From an uncultured Bacteroidota bacterium (lineage in GTDB: Bacteria > Bacteroidota > Bacteroidia > Chitinophagales > Chitinophagaceae), in assembly GCA_963759335.1 (NCBI GenBank), contig CAVWYU010000014.1, positions 163,551 through 227,550 of the forward strand: DNA of 64,000 nt, written 5' to 3'. This document shows, one piece after another, positions 1-9,466 of the stretch. Positions within the stretch are counted from its first letter, which is position 1, and the number at the start of each line of letters is the position of its first letter. Position numbers and translations under genes: made by a program. The notes below the pieces were generated by a model that was not told the DNA's origin, made no database searches, and worked only from the letters and a program-made list of their open reading frames with translations.

Positions 1-394
1 AAACGATGATACTTTGCGGAAGATTATTTGAGTGCAGTGCTTTCCGCAAATCCCCGTATAAATCTGAATAGGCCTCAAAAGTCCAGCTGTTCTGATTGTA
101 AACCGGTCTCAGCCTGTTTGCCAGTTTGCCTTCATCAACCGATACCGCCATAAAGCGAAAAGGCAGCAGGCTCTGCCAGTGTTCGAGATTCACGTTGATT
201 GAATTCAGTTCCGTGATACTTTCATCCGATGAAACTGACCAGAAACAAATCAGAAAAAGCGAATCTTTTTTCGCAAACACGGAGAACGGCGCAATTTTTC
301 CCTGCAGGGATTTAATTTTCGCATCCTGAAGTGATCCCTGCGCGACACTGCTAAGTGAAAATAAAACAAGGAAAAACGTCAAAATCTTTTTCAT
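1..394 (-). CDS. TlpA/thioredoxin-fold exported protein, 3'-truncated by the window edge; CxxC replaced by SxxS
   Basis: Not in the ORF track. Manual translation from ATG at 394 is open to the edge: MKKILTFFLVLFSLSSVAQ...LICFWSVSSDESITEL...FMAVSVD...LPQSIIV. FW..SxxS..EL, AVSVD and LP match the TlpA layout. Confidence 0.7.
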   Translation of the reverse strand, partial: MKKILTFFLVLFSLSSVAQGSLQDAKIKSLQGKIAPFSVFAKKDSLFLICFWSVSSDESITELNSINVNLEHWQSLLPFRFMAVSVDEGKLANRLRPVYNQNSWTFEAYSDLYGDLRKALHSNNLPQSIIV

Positions 395-400
395 GCTCAA

Positions 401-1957
401 CTATTTGTTTTCCGGATCATGACTGGTCAGCGCCTCCTGCTGTGAAATAAGTTCTCTTACTTTCATGGCTTTAAAATCTATTCCATCACGGATGGCTTCG
501 GATGTAGGTAATGCCCATACATCCGGCAGAATACCTCTTCCGTTTTTTATACGATCCCGGCTGACCACCATTCGAAAACGCGGAAGCCTGAAACGCAGGC
601 CGGTATTGGGAAGTGTGACATCGGGAATGATCCAGGCCGTATTTCCGTAATACCCTCCGCCTGTTTCCTCGCCAACCAGGGTTACATTTTTCTGACCCTT
701 CAGATCCCCGGCGAATAAAGTAGTGGCAGAAAACGAATTTCCTCCGATCAAAATAAAAACCTGACCATCATAGTGATATTTTTCTTTGGGAGAATAATAA
801 TGTTTTTCAAAATACCGGAAGTGTAATTTACCATCCTTGCCTTTTCTGGTCACAGCGGAAACCAACAATCCGTACCAAAAACCATTTTGAATATATTTCC
901 TGTATTCGGCGGGAGGCTTGATGGTATATAGTGAATCGGCCAGTTTAAATTTATGATCAGCAATATATCTTGTCAGCAAAGTGGATAATCCGGCATCGCC
1001 TCCGCCATTCGATCTGACATCGATGATCAGATTCTTAATATGATTTTCCTGAAGTTCCCTGAAAGAATTCTTAAAAAATCTTCTCAGATGATTCGAGCGA
1101 TCGAAAGTAGTAACGGTCATGAAGCCTGTTTTCATAACCGTATCCAGCTGCAGATTTACAGAGGAAAGATAAAAAGTAGGTTTTTCTTTTTTCTTTCCAG
1201 ATCCCTTTGCCGGAGGTCCATGACTCAGGGTCTTTTTGTTCATGGTATCTGCCCTGAAATCATAAGGCTTCACATATGCCTGGCTCTCAAAGCCCAGACT
1301 GTCAATATAATGTATGTCGAAAGAATCGGTCAGTCCGATCACATTTTTATAGAGGTTGGCAAAGGCGAATCCGGTACTCAGGCTTTGATATTTTCCATTC
1401 ATGCTGTATCCATCGGTGGTAATATAATTGAACAGCGTATCTGTCAGTTCTTTGGTTGTATAGCCATTGATGGATTTCACAATCGTTCCTCTTTGCAATA
1501 TGGGATCCTTTCTTCTCAGATTGGCAGAAATTACCATTGTATCTGACCAGAATTTTAATGCAAATGGAAATGCCAGTGAGGAGGCGGTATCTATATAGCG
1601 GTTAAAAGCTTTTGAACCTTTAACACTTGTGTGGCCACAATCCAATTTTGAAATCACATAAGCCAGCACGTCACGGAACTGAATTTCAGTCAGGGAGTCA
1701 TGCAACGACTGAAAGCCCTGATCAAAATAATAGTCCATGCTATCCTTTGTTGTATACCAGTAAACGCTGGGATGTGAACTTTCGAGTATGTGACGGAATA
1801 GGGAATAGTCCGTCTGTAGTTCAGCAGGCGGATATTTGTATTGAGGATTATATGTTTTGCGCGAAGAAGAACAGGAAACTGCCAGGGTGATGCACAGGCA
1901 CAACCATATATTTGTTTTCAGTTTCCGGATATTCTTCAGGCGATCGAAAATTCTCAT
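401..1957 (-). CDS. S41 family peptidase, probable lipoprotein
   Basis: DVRSNGGG, SFSA and GEETGG motifs; lipobox-like LAVSC. Confidence 0.85.
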   Translation of the reverse strand: MRIFDRLKNIRKLKTNIWLCLCITLAVSCSSSRKTYNPQYKYPPAELQTDYSLFRHILESSHPSVYWYTTKDSMDYYFDQGFQSLHDSLTEIQFRDVLAYVISKLDCGHTSVKGSKAFNRYIDTASSLAFPFALKFWSDTMVISANLRRKDPILQRGTIVKSINGYTTKELTDTLFNYITTDGYSMNGKYQSLSTGFAFANLYKNVIGLTDSFDIHYIDSLGFESQAYVKPYDFRADTMNKKTLSHGPPAKGSGKKKEKPTFYLSSVNLQLDTVMKTGFMTVTTFDRSNHLRRFFKNSFRELQENHIKNLIIDVRSNGGGDAGLSTLLTRYIADHKFKLADSLYTIKPPAEYRKYIQNGFWYGLLVSAVTRKGKDGKLHFRYFEKHYYSPKEKYHYDGQVFILIGGNSFSATTLFAGDLKGQKNVTLVGEETGGGYYGNTAWIIPDVTLPNTGLRFRLPRFRMVVSRDRIKNGRGILPDVWALPTSEAIRDGIDFKAMKVRELISQQEALTSHDPENK

Positions 1958-2985
1958 TTGATAAATGCATTCCAGCCCTGAGCTGTGATGTCAAATTTAT
2001 TTCCTCCCTTGGTAAGGATTTTTTTCCCTTCTTCAGGATCCGTCATATAACCAATCACGCTGATATTTTCATTCAGGACCAGTTTGTCATAGTCTTCCGG
2101 ACGGATCGTGAAGAGCAATTCATAATCTTCTCCGCCACTGAGCGCGCAGGCGGTCGGATCGAGTTCGAATTTGTATGCTGCATTGCGCGTTTCATCCGCA
2201 ATCGGAATTTTTTCTTCATATAATAAACAACCCACATTGCTTTGCTTACAGATATGCAGAATTTCAGAACTCAGTCCGTCGCTGATGTCAATCATCGACG
2301 TTGGTGTAATCTCCTCCTTTTCAAAAAACTCAATAGTCCTTTTGGATGCTTCGGGTTTCAGTATTCGTCCTATAACGTATTTTTCTCCTTCTAAGTCTGG
2401 TTTGATATCGGGATTTTCCAGAAAGATCTTCTTTTCCCTTTCCAAAAAAATGAGGCCAAGATAAGCCGCGCCCAGATCTCCGCTGCAGCATAACAGATCG
2501 CCTTTTCTGGCAGTGGAACGCTGTACAAATTTATCGGGCGATACTTCGCCAATGGCAGTAATAGATATAATAAACCCTTTTTGGGAAGAAGACGTATCCC
2601 CTCCTACGATATCGACATTGTATTTTTCACAGGCAGCATAAACCCCTTCATAAAACTCATCCAGCGCTTCCAGGCTGAAACGGTTACTGAATCCGAGCGA
2701 TACCAACAGCTGGGTAGGCGTGGCGTTCATGGCATATATATCACTCAGGTTCGCGATCACCGATTTGTACCCCAGATGAAGAAGGGGAGTATATACCAGG
2801 TCAAAATGAATATTTTCTATTAATAAATCGGTGGTCAGTACGGTTTGCTTTCCAAAATGATCGATAACCGCCGCATCGTCTCCTACGCCGAGTATGCTCG
2901 ACGCATTTTTGATTTCAATGTTTTTCGTCAGGTGATCTATCAGGCCGAATTCACCCAATGAAGAGATTTCAGTACGGGTCTCCAT
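1954..2985 (-). CDS. thiL: Thiamine-monophosphate kinase
   Basis: GEFGLI, GVGDDAA, GGDT and DISDGL motifs. Confidence 0.95.
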   Translation of the reverse strand: METRTEISSLGEFGLIDHLTKNIEIKNASSILGVGDDAAVIDHFGKQTVLTTDLLIENIHFDLVYTPLLHLGYKSVIANLSDIYAMNATPTQLLVSLGFSNRFSLEALDEFYEGVYAACEKYNVDIVGGDTSSSQKGFIISITAIGEVSPDKFVQRSTARKGDLLCCSGDLGAAYLGLIFLEREKKIFLENPDIKPDLEGEKYVIGRILKPEASKRTIEFFEKEEITPTSMIDISDGLSSEILHICKQSNVGCLLYEEKIPIADETRNAAYKFELDPTACALSGGEDYELLFTIRPEDYDKLVLNENISVIGYMTDPEEGKKILTKGGNKFDITAQGWNAFIK

Positions 2986-3009
2986 AATTATAATTTAAAC
3001 ATTGATGAA

Positions 3010-3801
3010 TCATTTCTTCCCGTCTGATGCAGGATCACCGGCTATCCATTTCAGTAGTTCGGCATGTATTTTACCATTGGTTGCTGCAATTTGCGGCTGA
3101 TAGGGAGAATAGGGCTTTCCGCTAAAGTCGGTTACTTTCCCTCCGGATTCCTGAACAATTAAAAATCCGGCTGCACTGTCCCAGGCCTGAAGTTTATGTT
3201 CATAAAATCCATCAAACCTGCCGGCAGCAACCCAACATAAATCCATCGCAGCGGATCCCAGTCGCCTGACCGGCACACCCTTTCGGATGAGCCGGGAAAA
3301 AACCTCCAGAGGTCCGTTCGGTTCATCCAGGTAAGAATAAGGGAATCCTGTAACGAGACAGGATTTCTCTACTTTTTTCTCATCGGACACATGAATGGTC
3401 TTATCATTTAACGTAGCACCATAGCCTTTTTGCGCAAAATAAAACTCATTAAAAAAGGGATTATAAACAGCCCCCATCAACATTTCTCCATCCTGTTCCA
3501 GACCAATGGAAACGCAGCAAATCGGCAATCCATGGGCAAAATTCACGGTACCATCCAGTGGATCAATGATCCATTTGTATGGTGAATTCGCGGGCATATC
3601 CCCGGATTCTTCACTCAGGATATGATGATCCGGAAAATCGTTCCGGATGATATCCATGATGGTTTTTTCAGCGGCGTGGTCCGCTTCCGTTACCAGATTG
3701 TTGACTCCTTCTTTGTTCGAAATCTTAAATTCGCTGCCGTAATATTGCTTCAGGATACTGCCAGCCCGTTCGGCCGCTTTTATAAGCGTGGTTTTTAACA
3801 T
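3010..3801 (-). CDS. suhB: Inositol monophosphatase family protein
   Basis: DPLDGT, GSAAMDL and WDSAAG motifs. Start moved to ATG 3801 (MLKTT) because the ORF-track extension overlaps the promoter. Confidence 0.9.
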   Translation of the reverse strand: MLKTTLIKAAERAGSILKQYYGSEFKISNKEGVNNLVTEADHAAEKTIMDIIRNDFPDHHILSEESGDMPANSPYKWIIDPLDGTVNFAHGLPICCVSIGLEQDGEMLMGAVYNPFFNEFYFAQKGYGATLNDKTIHVSDEKKVEKSCLVTGFPYSYLDEPNGPLEVFSRLIRKGVPVRRLGSAAMDLCWVAAGRFDGFYEHKLQAWDSAAGFLIVQESGGKVTDFSGKPYSPYQPQIAATNGKIHAELLKWIAGDPASDGKK

Positions 3802-3805
3802 GATG

Positions 3806-3813
3806 CAAAGATA
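3806..3813 (-). promoter_or_regulatory. Bacteroidota -7 promoter element TATCTTTG (suhB)
   Basis: Exact TAnnTTTG, 4 nt before the ATG. Confidence 0.6.
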
Positions 3814-3856
3814 ATAAAGCCTCCGTTGAGAGGGACGGATTGACAAAGACTTACCT

Positions 3857-5014
3857 ATGATTTTATCAGTCGTCATCGTCAGTTATAATGTTAAATATTT
3901 CCTTGAACAATGTCTTTCTTCCTTAAAAAAGGCAATCGACGGGATTTCAATGCCCGGAGGCAATACCGAAGTATTTATCATCGACAATGCCTCCTCAGAT
4001 GAGAGTCCGGATTTCCTGGAACCATTGTTTCCGGATTTTCATTTCATCCGGAATAAAGAAAACATCGGTTTTGCAAAAGCGAATAATCTGGTGATCCCGC
4101 TTTGCAAGGGAGAGTTTATCCTGTTTTTGAACCCGGATACCATTCTGGCAGAAGACAGCCTGGATATATGTATTTCTTTTTTCAGGGGCCATGAGGATGC
4201 CGGGGCGGTGGGGGTGCGAATGATCGACGGAGCCGGACGGTTTCTAAAAGAATCCAAACGGGGTTTTCCGTATCCTGCCGCTTCTTTTTTTAAGATGACC
4301 GGGCTTACACGTTTATTTCCCCATTCAAAGATTTTTTCATCTTATTATATGGGGCATCTGGATGAAAACCATCTGCAGGCCGTCGAAGTTTTATCCGGTG
4401 CCTTCATGATGATCAAAAGAACCGTGCTGAATCAGACAGGGGGTTTCGATGAACAGTTTTTTATGTATGCCGAAGATATAGACCTGAGCTATCGAATAAA
4501 CCAGACAGGATTCAAAAATTATTATCTGCCTGCCACTACGATCATTCATTTTAAAGGCGAAAGCACACAGAAAGATTTCAGGTATGTAAAATTGTTTTAT
4601 TCCGCCATGCAATTGTTCATGAAAAAACATTTTCGCAATAAAAGTTTTTCATTACGGATTTATTTACTGACACTGGGATTGCGTCTGCGGCAGGCCCTGG
4701 CATTTATATGGTTGCCATTCATAAAAACGGAATACGGTTCAAAAACGGGAAAGTCAGTTTTTATAAAAGGAAGTCCCCCTGACACGGAAAAAATAAAACA
4801 ACAACTGTCCACTTACCAAATCCGGATTTCAGACATTGAAACCGAAGAAACTGACATTGTTTTTTTTGAAAACGATTTGTTTCCCTGGAAGACCATCATT
4901 GCGACGATCCGGCGAGATTCGAAAACCCATTTATATTACTTCCATGGCAAAGGAACACATGCTCTGGTAGGCAGCTATTCAGCAGGTAAACCGGGCCGGG
5001 TTATTGTATTATGA
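3857..5014 (+). CDS. Glycosyltransferase family 2
   Basis: VVIVSYN, DNAS, LNPD and AEDIDL motifs. Confidence 0.9.
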   Translation: MILSVVIVSYNVKYFLEQCLSSLKKAIDGISMPGGNTEVFIIDNASSDESPDFLEPLFPDFHFIRNKENIGFAKANNLVIPLCKGEFILFLNPDTILAEDSLDICISFFRGHEDAGAVGVRMIDGAGRFLKESKRGFPYPAASFFKMTGLTRLFPHSKIFSSYYMGHLDENHLQAVEVLSGAFMMIKRTVLNQTGGFDEQFFMYAEDIDLSYRINQTGFKNYYLPATTIIHFKGESTQKDFRYVKLFYSAMQLFMKKHFRNKSFSLRIYLLTLGLRLRQALAFIWLPFIKTEYGSKTGKSVFIKGSPPDTEKIKQQLSTYQIRISDIETEETDIVFFENDLFPWKTIIATIRRDSKTHLYYFHGKGTHALVGSYSAGKPGRVIVL

Positions 5015-5068
5015 AGCCGATTCATTTAATTTCGAAAATCAGAACTTTACAAAATCAATCATAAGGGT

Positions 5069-6436
5069 ATGCCGAATTTAAATGATATAAAGAATCTGCT
5101 GCAAAACAACAAGATCACAGAATTTGTAAAGCTGAATAAACTTTCTTCGCGGGATATCATTGAATTCACAAACCGGTATACCAATTGGGCGGGTAAACTT
5201 TTCCAGCATATAGACGTAAAACATGCAGCCAGGGTTTTTAAATTCCTGCGAAAGAAAAAGCAGGAAATTATTATCAAATCCCTGCCGGATGAGAAAGCTG
5301 CGGAACTTCTGAATGAACTGCAGCCGGACGACAGAACTGCCTTTCTGGGTTTATTGCCCGGCAATGCGGTGAAGGAACTATTGAAAATTCTGGATCCTGA
5401 AACAAGAGCTGAAACCCTGAAACTGCTGGGTTATCCGGAAGGTTCTGTCGGTCGCCTGATGACTCCGGATTATCTGGCGATAAAAGCCTCGGAATCGGTG
5501 CGGCAGGTTCTTGATATTATCCGTACCCGTGGACAGGCAGCGGAAACCCTGAATTTTCTTTTTGTTATTGATGATAACGGAGTTTTAATAGATGACATAA
5601 ATATAAAAGAGTTTTTAGTGGTTGATCCTTCCACACCGGTGGAAAAATTAATGGATCACCAGTTCATTGCGCTCCCGGTGAATGCAGCCCAGACAGAAAC
5701 CATTGCCATATTTAAAAATAACAGTCGTTTTGCGCTCCCGGTCATTAATGAATCGGGGGTTCTTCTTGGCATTGTTACTTCGGATGATGTACTCCGGTTA
5801 TCAGAAAAAGAAAACACCAGGGAAATTCAGAGGATCGGGGGTTCCGAAGCATTGGAAGAACCATATACAACCATTTCTTTTGGACACCTGGTAAAAAAAC
5901 GCGCGGGATGGCTGGTCATCCTGTTCCTGGGGGAAATGCTGACGGCCACAGCAATGGGTTTTTTTGAAGGGGAGATCAGCAAGGCGGTTGTTCTGGCTCT
6001 TTTTATTCCACTGATCATTTCGAGCGGTGGAAATTCCGGATCACAGGCTTCTTCGATCATTATCCGCGCAATGGCACTGGGTGAAATAAAATTCCGGGAC
6101 TGGTTTTATGTGATGCGTAAGGAAATCTTTTCCGGCATAGTGCTGGGTTCCATATTGGGCCTGGTAGGATTTTTAAGAATATTTCTCTGGCAGCAATTTC
6201 ATATATACAATTATGGTGAACACTATTTACTGGTCGCGTTAACCGTTGCTTTTTCTCTGCTCGGTGTGGTTTTATGGGGCACCCTTTCTGGTTCGATGTT
6301 ACCAATACTGCTTAAAAAATTAGGCGCTGACCCCGCGGCTTCTTCCGCTCCTTTTGTCGCAACACTTGTGGATGTAACCGGACTGATTATTTATTTCACC
6401 GTGGCGGTGGTTATTATGCGCGGAACTTTACTGTGA
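5069..6436 (+). CDS. mgtE: Magnesium transporter MgtE
   Basis: Tandem CBS domains, GGNSGSQ and ATLVDVTG motifs, five transmembrane helices. Confidence 0.95.
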   Translation: MPNLNDIKNLLQNNKITEFVKLNKLSSRDIIEFTNRYTNWAGKLFQHIDVKHAARVFKFLRKKKQEIIIKSLPDEKAAELLNELQPDDRTAFLGLLPGNAVKELLKILDPETRAETLKLLGYPEGSVGRLMTPDYLAIKASESVRQVLDIIRTRGQAAETLNFLFVIDDNGVLIDDINIKEFLVVDPSTPVEKLMDHQFIALPVNAAQTETIAIFKNNSRFALPVINESGVLLGIVTSDDVLRLSEKENTREIQRIGGSEALEEPYTTISFGHLVKKRAGWLVILFLGEMLTATAMGFFEGEISKAVVLALFIPLIISSGGNSGSQASSIIIRAMALGEIKFRDWFYVMRKEIFSGIVLGSILGLVGFLRIFLWQQFHIYNYGEHYLLVALTVAFSLLGVVLWGTLSGSMLPILLKKLGADPAASSAPFVATLVDVTGLIIYFTVAVVIMRGTLL

Positions 6437-6454
6437 GCCGTGGGCTCACAGCAA

Positions 6455-6492
6455 GTGTGGAAGTTTGGAAGACTGGAAGTATGGAAGTGGAA
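6455..6492 (+). repeat. Octamer array (GWNTGGAA)x4 + GTGGAA
   Basis: GTGTGGAA GTTTGGAA GACTGGAA GTATGGAA GTGGAA. Confidence 0.9.
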
Positions 6493-6590
6493 TGTCATTA
6501 TCCCACTCATTTATTTGATACTACCTTCTTAAATAGATAACCAATTCTTACATAAATTAAAAACAGAGAAGGATTGCCCGTTCAATAGTT

Positions 6591-6621
6591 TTACGCTTTG
6601 GGCTTTACGCTTTGAGCCTTA
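6591..6621 (-). repeat. Heptamer array (YAAAGCG family) forming the DUF2480 C-terminus and stop codon
   Basis: Top strand TTACGCT TTGGGCT TTACGCT TTGAGCC TTA; encodes KAQSVKPKA*. Confidence 0.85.
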
Positions 6622-7115
6622 AACACGGGAACGGTGCTGCACGGTTCGCCATACATGATGGATTTGGCTACCGGTCTGAGTAATTTCGTTATTTCGAGAT
6701 ACGCAAAATCACCCACCGGTTTATCGCCACAACCTTTTATCACAATGCGCTGGTCTTTATAATCCCCGGGATTGATCGCCCGTATCCGGTCCGTCAGAAT
6801 CTGTCTGAGAACAGCCGTCTCATCTCCCATAATGACGTCCTTTGCATAGGGCTGAAGATAACTGGTGACCAGCATATATGCCCAGACGGGAATCACGGCA
6901 TCAGCCGAACAATAAATTCCTACGATTTTATCCTGGTAATCTGACCAGTCTGTTGTTAAAAGCGCAGCCCGAAAATCCTTTTCTTTTAATATCAGTTCCA
7001 TAAAAAGAAAAGGTTTCAGATCAAATATCTGGATAATCTCTTTGGGGAAAAAAGATTCCAGATCCAGCGTTACCAATGCACTCTGACTTACTTTATTTAT
7101 TATCTCTTCCTGCAT
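6591..7115 (-). CDS. DUF2480 family protein
   Basis: IINKV..S.L.TLDLE, KEKDFR and MYGEPCSTVP motifs; start at MQEE (7115). Confidence 0.85.
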   Translation of the reverse strand: MQEEIINKVSQSALVTLDLESFFPKEIIQIFDLKPFLFMELILKEKDFRAALLTTDWSDYQDKIVGIYCSADAVIPVWAYMLVTSYLQPYAKDVIMGDETAVLRQILTDRIRAINPGDYKDQRIVIKGCGDKPVGDFAYLEITKLLRPVAKSIMYGEPCSTVPVFKAQSVKPKA

Positions 7116-7121
7116 CACATG

Positions 7122-7129
7122 CAAAGATA
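7122..7129 (-). promoter_or_regulatory. -7 element TATCTTTG (DUF2480)
   Basis: Exact TAnnTTTG, 6 nt before the ATG. Confidence 0.6.
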
Positions 7130-7133
7130 CTCA

Positions 7134-7273
7134 TAAAGCGCAAAACGTAAAGCGCAATGCGTAAAGCTCTTCAATTGGGAAAATGATTGAAAGAGCCAAT
7201 AAGATCGCTTAATTAAAAGGCCCACCGCATTTCCGTAAAGCCTTCTGCTTTACGCTTTAAGCCTTAAGCTTTA
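7134..7273. repeat. Inverted pair of YAAAGCG heptamer arrays (7134-7168 and 7246-7273)
   Basis: TAAAGCG CAAAACG TAAAGCG CAATGCG TAAAGCT ... TGCTTT ACGCTTT AAGCCTT AAGCTTT A; the right arm contains the PPIase stop. Confidence 0.85.
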
Positions 7274-9415
7274 AAGGAATTTCCCCCGGTCGTCCTCGAT
7301 TTTGGCTTTCTTCTTTAATGCATCAGTTCCTGACCGTTGGATAAGATTTTCCTGGGACTGCAACATGGTTTGTCTGGCCTGTTCCGGATCCACATTATAA
7401 TTGGCTTTGGCACTTACGTTTATCACTTTCACAACAAATACTCCTTCATTACCGCCGACCGGTGCAGAAACCGCTTTGCCGATCAGGCTTTTATCAAAAG
7501 AATATCCCACCACTTTCGGCTCAGGTCCGAGGTTTGGTATATAAGGGGAAGAAAACTGAAGGCTGTCCACGTGACTGATCGTTTGTGAGAAAGAATTTGC
7601 CACGGATTCCAAGGTTGCGGAAGTTCCGATCTTTCCGGAAATGATATCTGCCTTTCTCTTATTTCTTAAAATCGGCTCTATCATCGGTCTCACCTTCGTC
7701 AGACTGATTGTTCCTTTGTGATTGATTTCATTTACAAGGGCTACTACATATTTATCTCCGACTGAAAAAGATTCAGATACTTCGCCTTGTTTAGCGGCAT
7801 ATGCCCAACGCACCAGGGCACGACTGGATCCCATTCCCTGAATATTAAAATCCGTAGGCTGAATTTCCGGTGCTGTAATGGCGTGCAGATTTTGTTTTTT
7901 TACAGCTGCATCAAAAGAAGTTTTATCCCGATTTTCGCCGGCGAACTGACTCGCAAGACCGGAAGCATTCTGATCTGTTTCCTGGCTCGGTTCAATACGA
8001 CGGGAAAAGTATGCAATTTTGAACGCCGGTTCAAAATTCTTCTGATCCATGATTTCAATTAAATGGTATCCAAACTGCGTCTTTACGATCTTTATTTCTC
8101 CTTTTTTACCATTGAAAGTAAAATCTCCAAACTCCTTGACCATCTGGCCCTGGCCAAAATATCCCAGGTCTCCGCCTTTTATCCGGCTTCCTTCGTCCTC
8201 AGATAAATGAAAAGCAAGACTGTCAAATTTTTGTCCATTATCCAGCAGGTTCTTTATGCTGTCAATTTTCTTTTTGGCTGTGCTGTCATCCATCTTTGGC
8301 TGATTCGTTTTCGGATCGTTGAGTGCTACAAGTATATGTCGTGCACGTACTGAATCAGGCAGTGTTTTAATATCCATGATTCTTGCCAGCACAAAATTAT
8401 TTCCATCGAGATATGGGCCAACCACTGCGCCTGTCTGAAGAGCCATCAGAGAATCTTTTCTGGACCCGGTCAATTTAGACTTTGGCGTATATGTTTCTGA
8501 AAAATTAGTTTCTGTTCCGTTTTTGGTAAGGAATGATTCGACATCTGTCGTTGTAGCAAACTCCGGCCTGAGGGTTTGAACCTGTTGGAATATCGTGGCA
8601 CTGTCGCCGGCAGTTGGTGCGGCGCTGAAACTGATATAACTGATTGTACGGGATTCTTCCTGTGCGAATTGATTCTTATGATCATCCAGATATGCCTGAA
8701 TTTCCGCGTCTGAAATTTTTATTGTGCTGTCAGAAATAGTCTGATAAGGAATCTTTACAAAATCAACCGACGCAATCTGACTGTTATCGGCATTTGTTTT
8801 CTCTATCATCCATTTGGGGATGTAAGAACTTTGGGCGAGCAGGGATATATATTTTTCCCTCTGTCTCAATTTTACAAATTGAGGGAGTGCCTGTTCGAAA
8901 AAATTCTGGGCCATGGCATAATTCTGATCTGACCGCCGGTTGGCTTTATATATTGTTCTCAGCTGATTGATCCGGGAGGCCGCCTGCTGAGCGTCAAACA
9001 TCCCGGTATTCGGATCTGTAAATGCCCGCTTGATTTCCTGAACAGCGTTAGGACCTACCAGCATATCATTCAATTCCTTATCACTCACGTCAATGCCCAG
9101 ATTCTGATATTCAGTAAGTAATACTGCGTTTTCTTCGAACTGCTTCCATACTTCTTCGCGAATATTTTGGGAAAGCATATCATTCACAGGATATCCCTGG
9201 CTTTTATACTGATCTTCGCGTTCAGATACCTGTTTTTGAAAATCAGCATATTCAAGTTTTTCTCCATTCACCTGGCCAATCGTTCCAGAGGTTGAAGCAG
9301 CCGCACGGCCACCTATTGAACGGGCGTCCATGAGCAAAAATCCGATCAGACTCACAGCGATTAGTCCAAACACGAGCCAGGCAGCTTTATCTCTTATTTT
9401 CTGAATGATAGACAT
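7271..9415 (-). CDS. Membrane-anchored peptidylprolyl isomerase (PpiD-like; SurA_N + rotamase)
   Basis: N-terminal TM helix (MSIIQKIRDK), SVRARHIL, GGDLGYF and KTQFGYHLI motifs. Confidence 0.9.
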   Translation of the reverse strand: MSIIQKIRDKAAWLVFGLIAVSLIGFLLMDARSIGGRAAASTSGTIGQVNGEKLEYADFQKQVSEREDQYKSQGYPVNDMLSQNIREEVWKQFEENAVLLTEYQNLGIDVSDKELNDMLVGPNAVQEIKRAFTDPNTGMFDAQQAASRINQLRTIYKANRRSDQNYAMAQNFFEQALPQFVKLRQREKYISLLAQSSYIPKWMIEKTNADNSQIASVDFVKIPYQTISDSTIKISDAEIQAYLDDHKNQFAQEESRTISYISFSAAPTAGDSATIFQQVQTLRPEFATTTDVESFLTKNGTETNFSETYTPKSKLTGSRKDSLMALQTGAVVGPYLDGNNFVLARIMDIKTLPDSVRARHILVALNDPKTNQPKMDDSTAKKKIDSIKNLLDNGQKFDSLAFHLSEDEGSRIKGGDLGYFGQGQMVKEFGDFTFNGKKGEIKIVKTQFGYHLIEIMDQKNFEPAFKIAYFSRRIEPSQETDQNASGLASQFAGENRDKTSFDAAVKKQNLHAITAPEIQPTDFNIQGMGSSRALVRWAYAAKQGEVSESFSVGDKYVVALVNEINHKGTISLTKVRPMIEPILRNKRKADIISGKIGTSATLESVANSFSQTISHVDSLQFSSPYIPNLGPEPKVVGYSFDKSLIGKAVSAPVGGNEGVFVVKVINVSAKANYNVDPEQARQTMLQSQENLIQRSGTDALKKKAKIEDDRGKFL

Positions 9416-9446
9416 ATATATATAGTCGGTTTTTTTGAAAGGATGG

Positions 9447-9454
9447 CAAAAATA
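9447..9454 (-). promoter_or_regulatory. -7 element TATTTTTG (ppiD-like gene)
   Basis: Exact TAnnTTTG, about 30 nt upstream of the ATG. Confidence 0.55.
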
Positions 9455-9466
9455 GATGAAAATTGG

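Noticed and set aside
126-329. 67-aa plus-strand ORF
   Set aside because: Antisense shadow of the minus-strand TlpA-like gene, which has recognisable motifs.
5015-5068. Possible M-box riboswitch before mgtE
   Set aside because: The gap is only 54 bp and contains a promoter-like TAATTTCG; there is no room for the aptamer.
6455-6492. TGTGGAAG octamers as DnaA boxes
   Set aside because: Two or more mismatches to TGTGNAWAA, and they occur as 8-bp tandem units far from the origin candidate.
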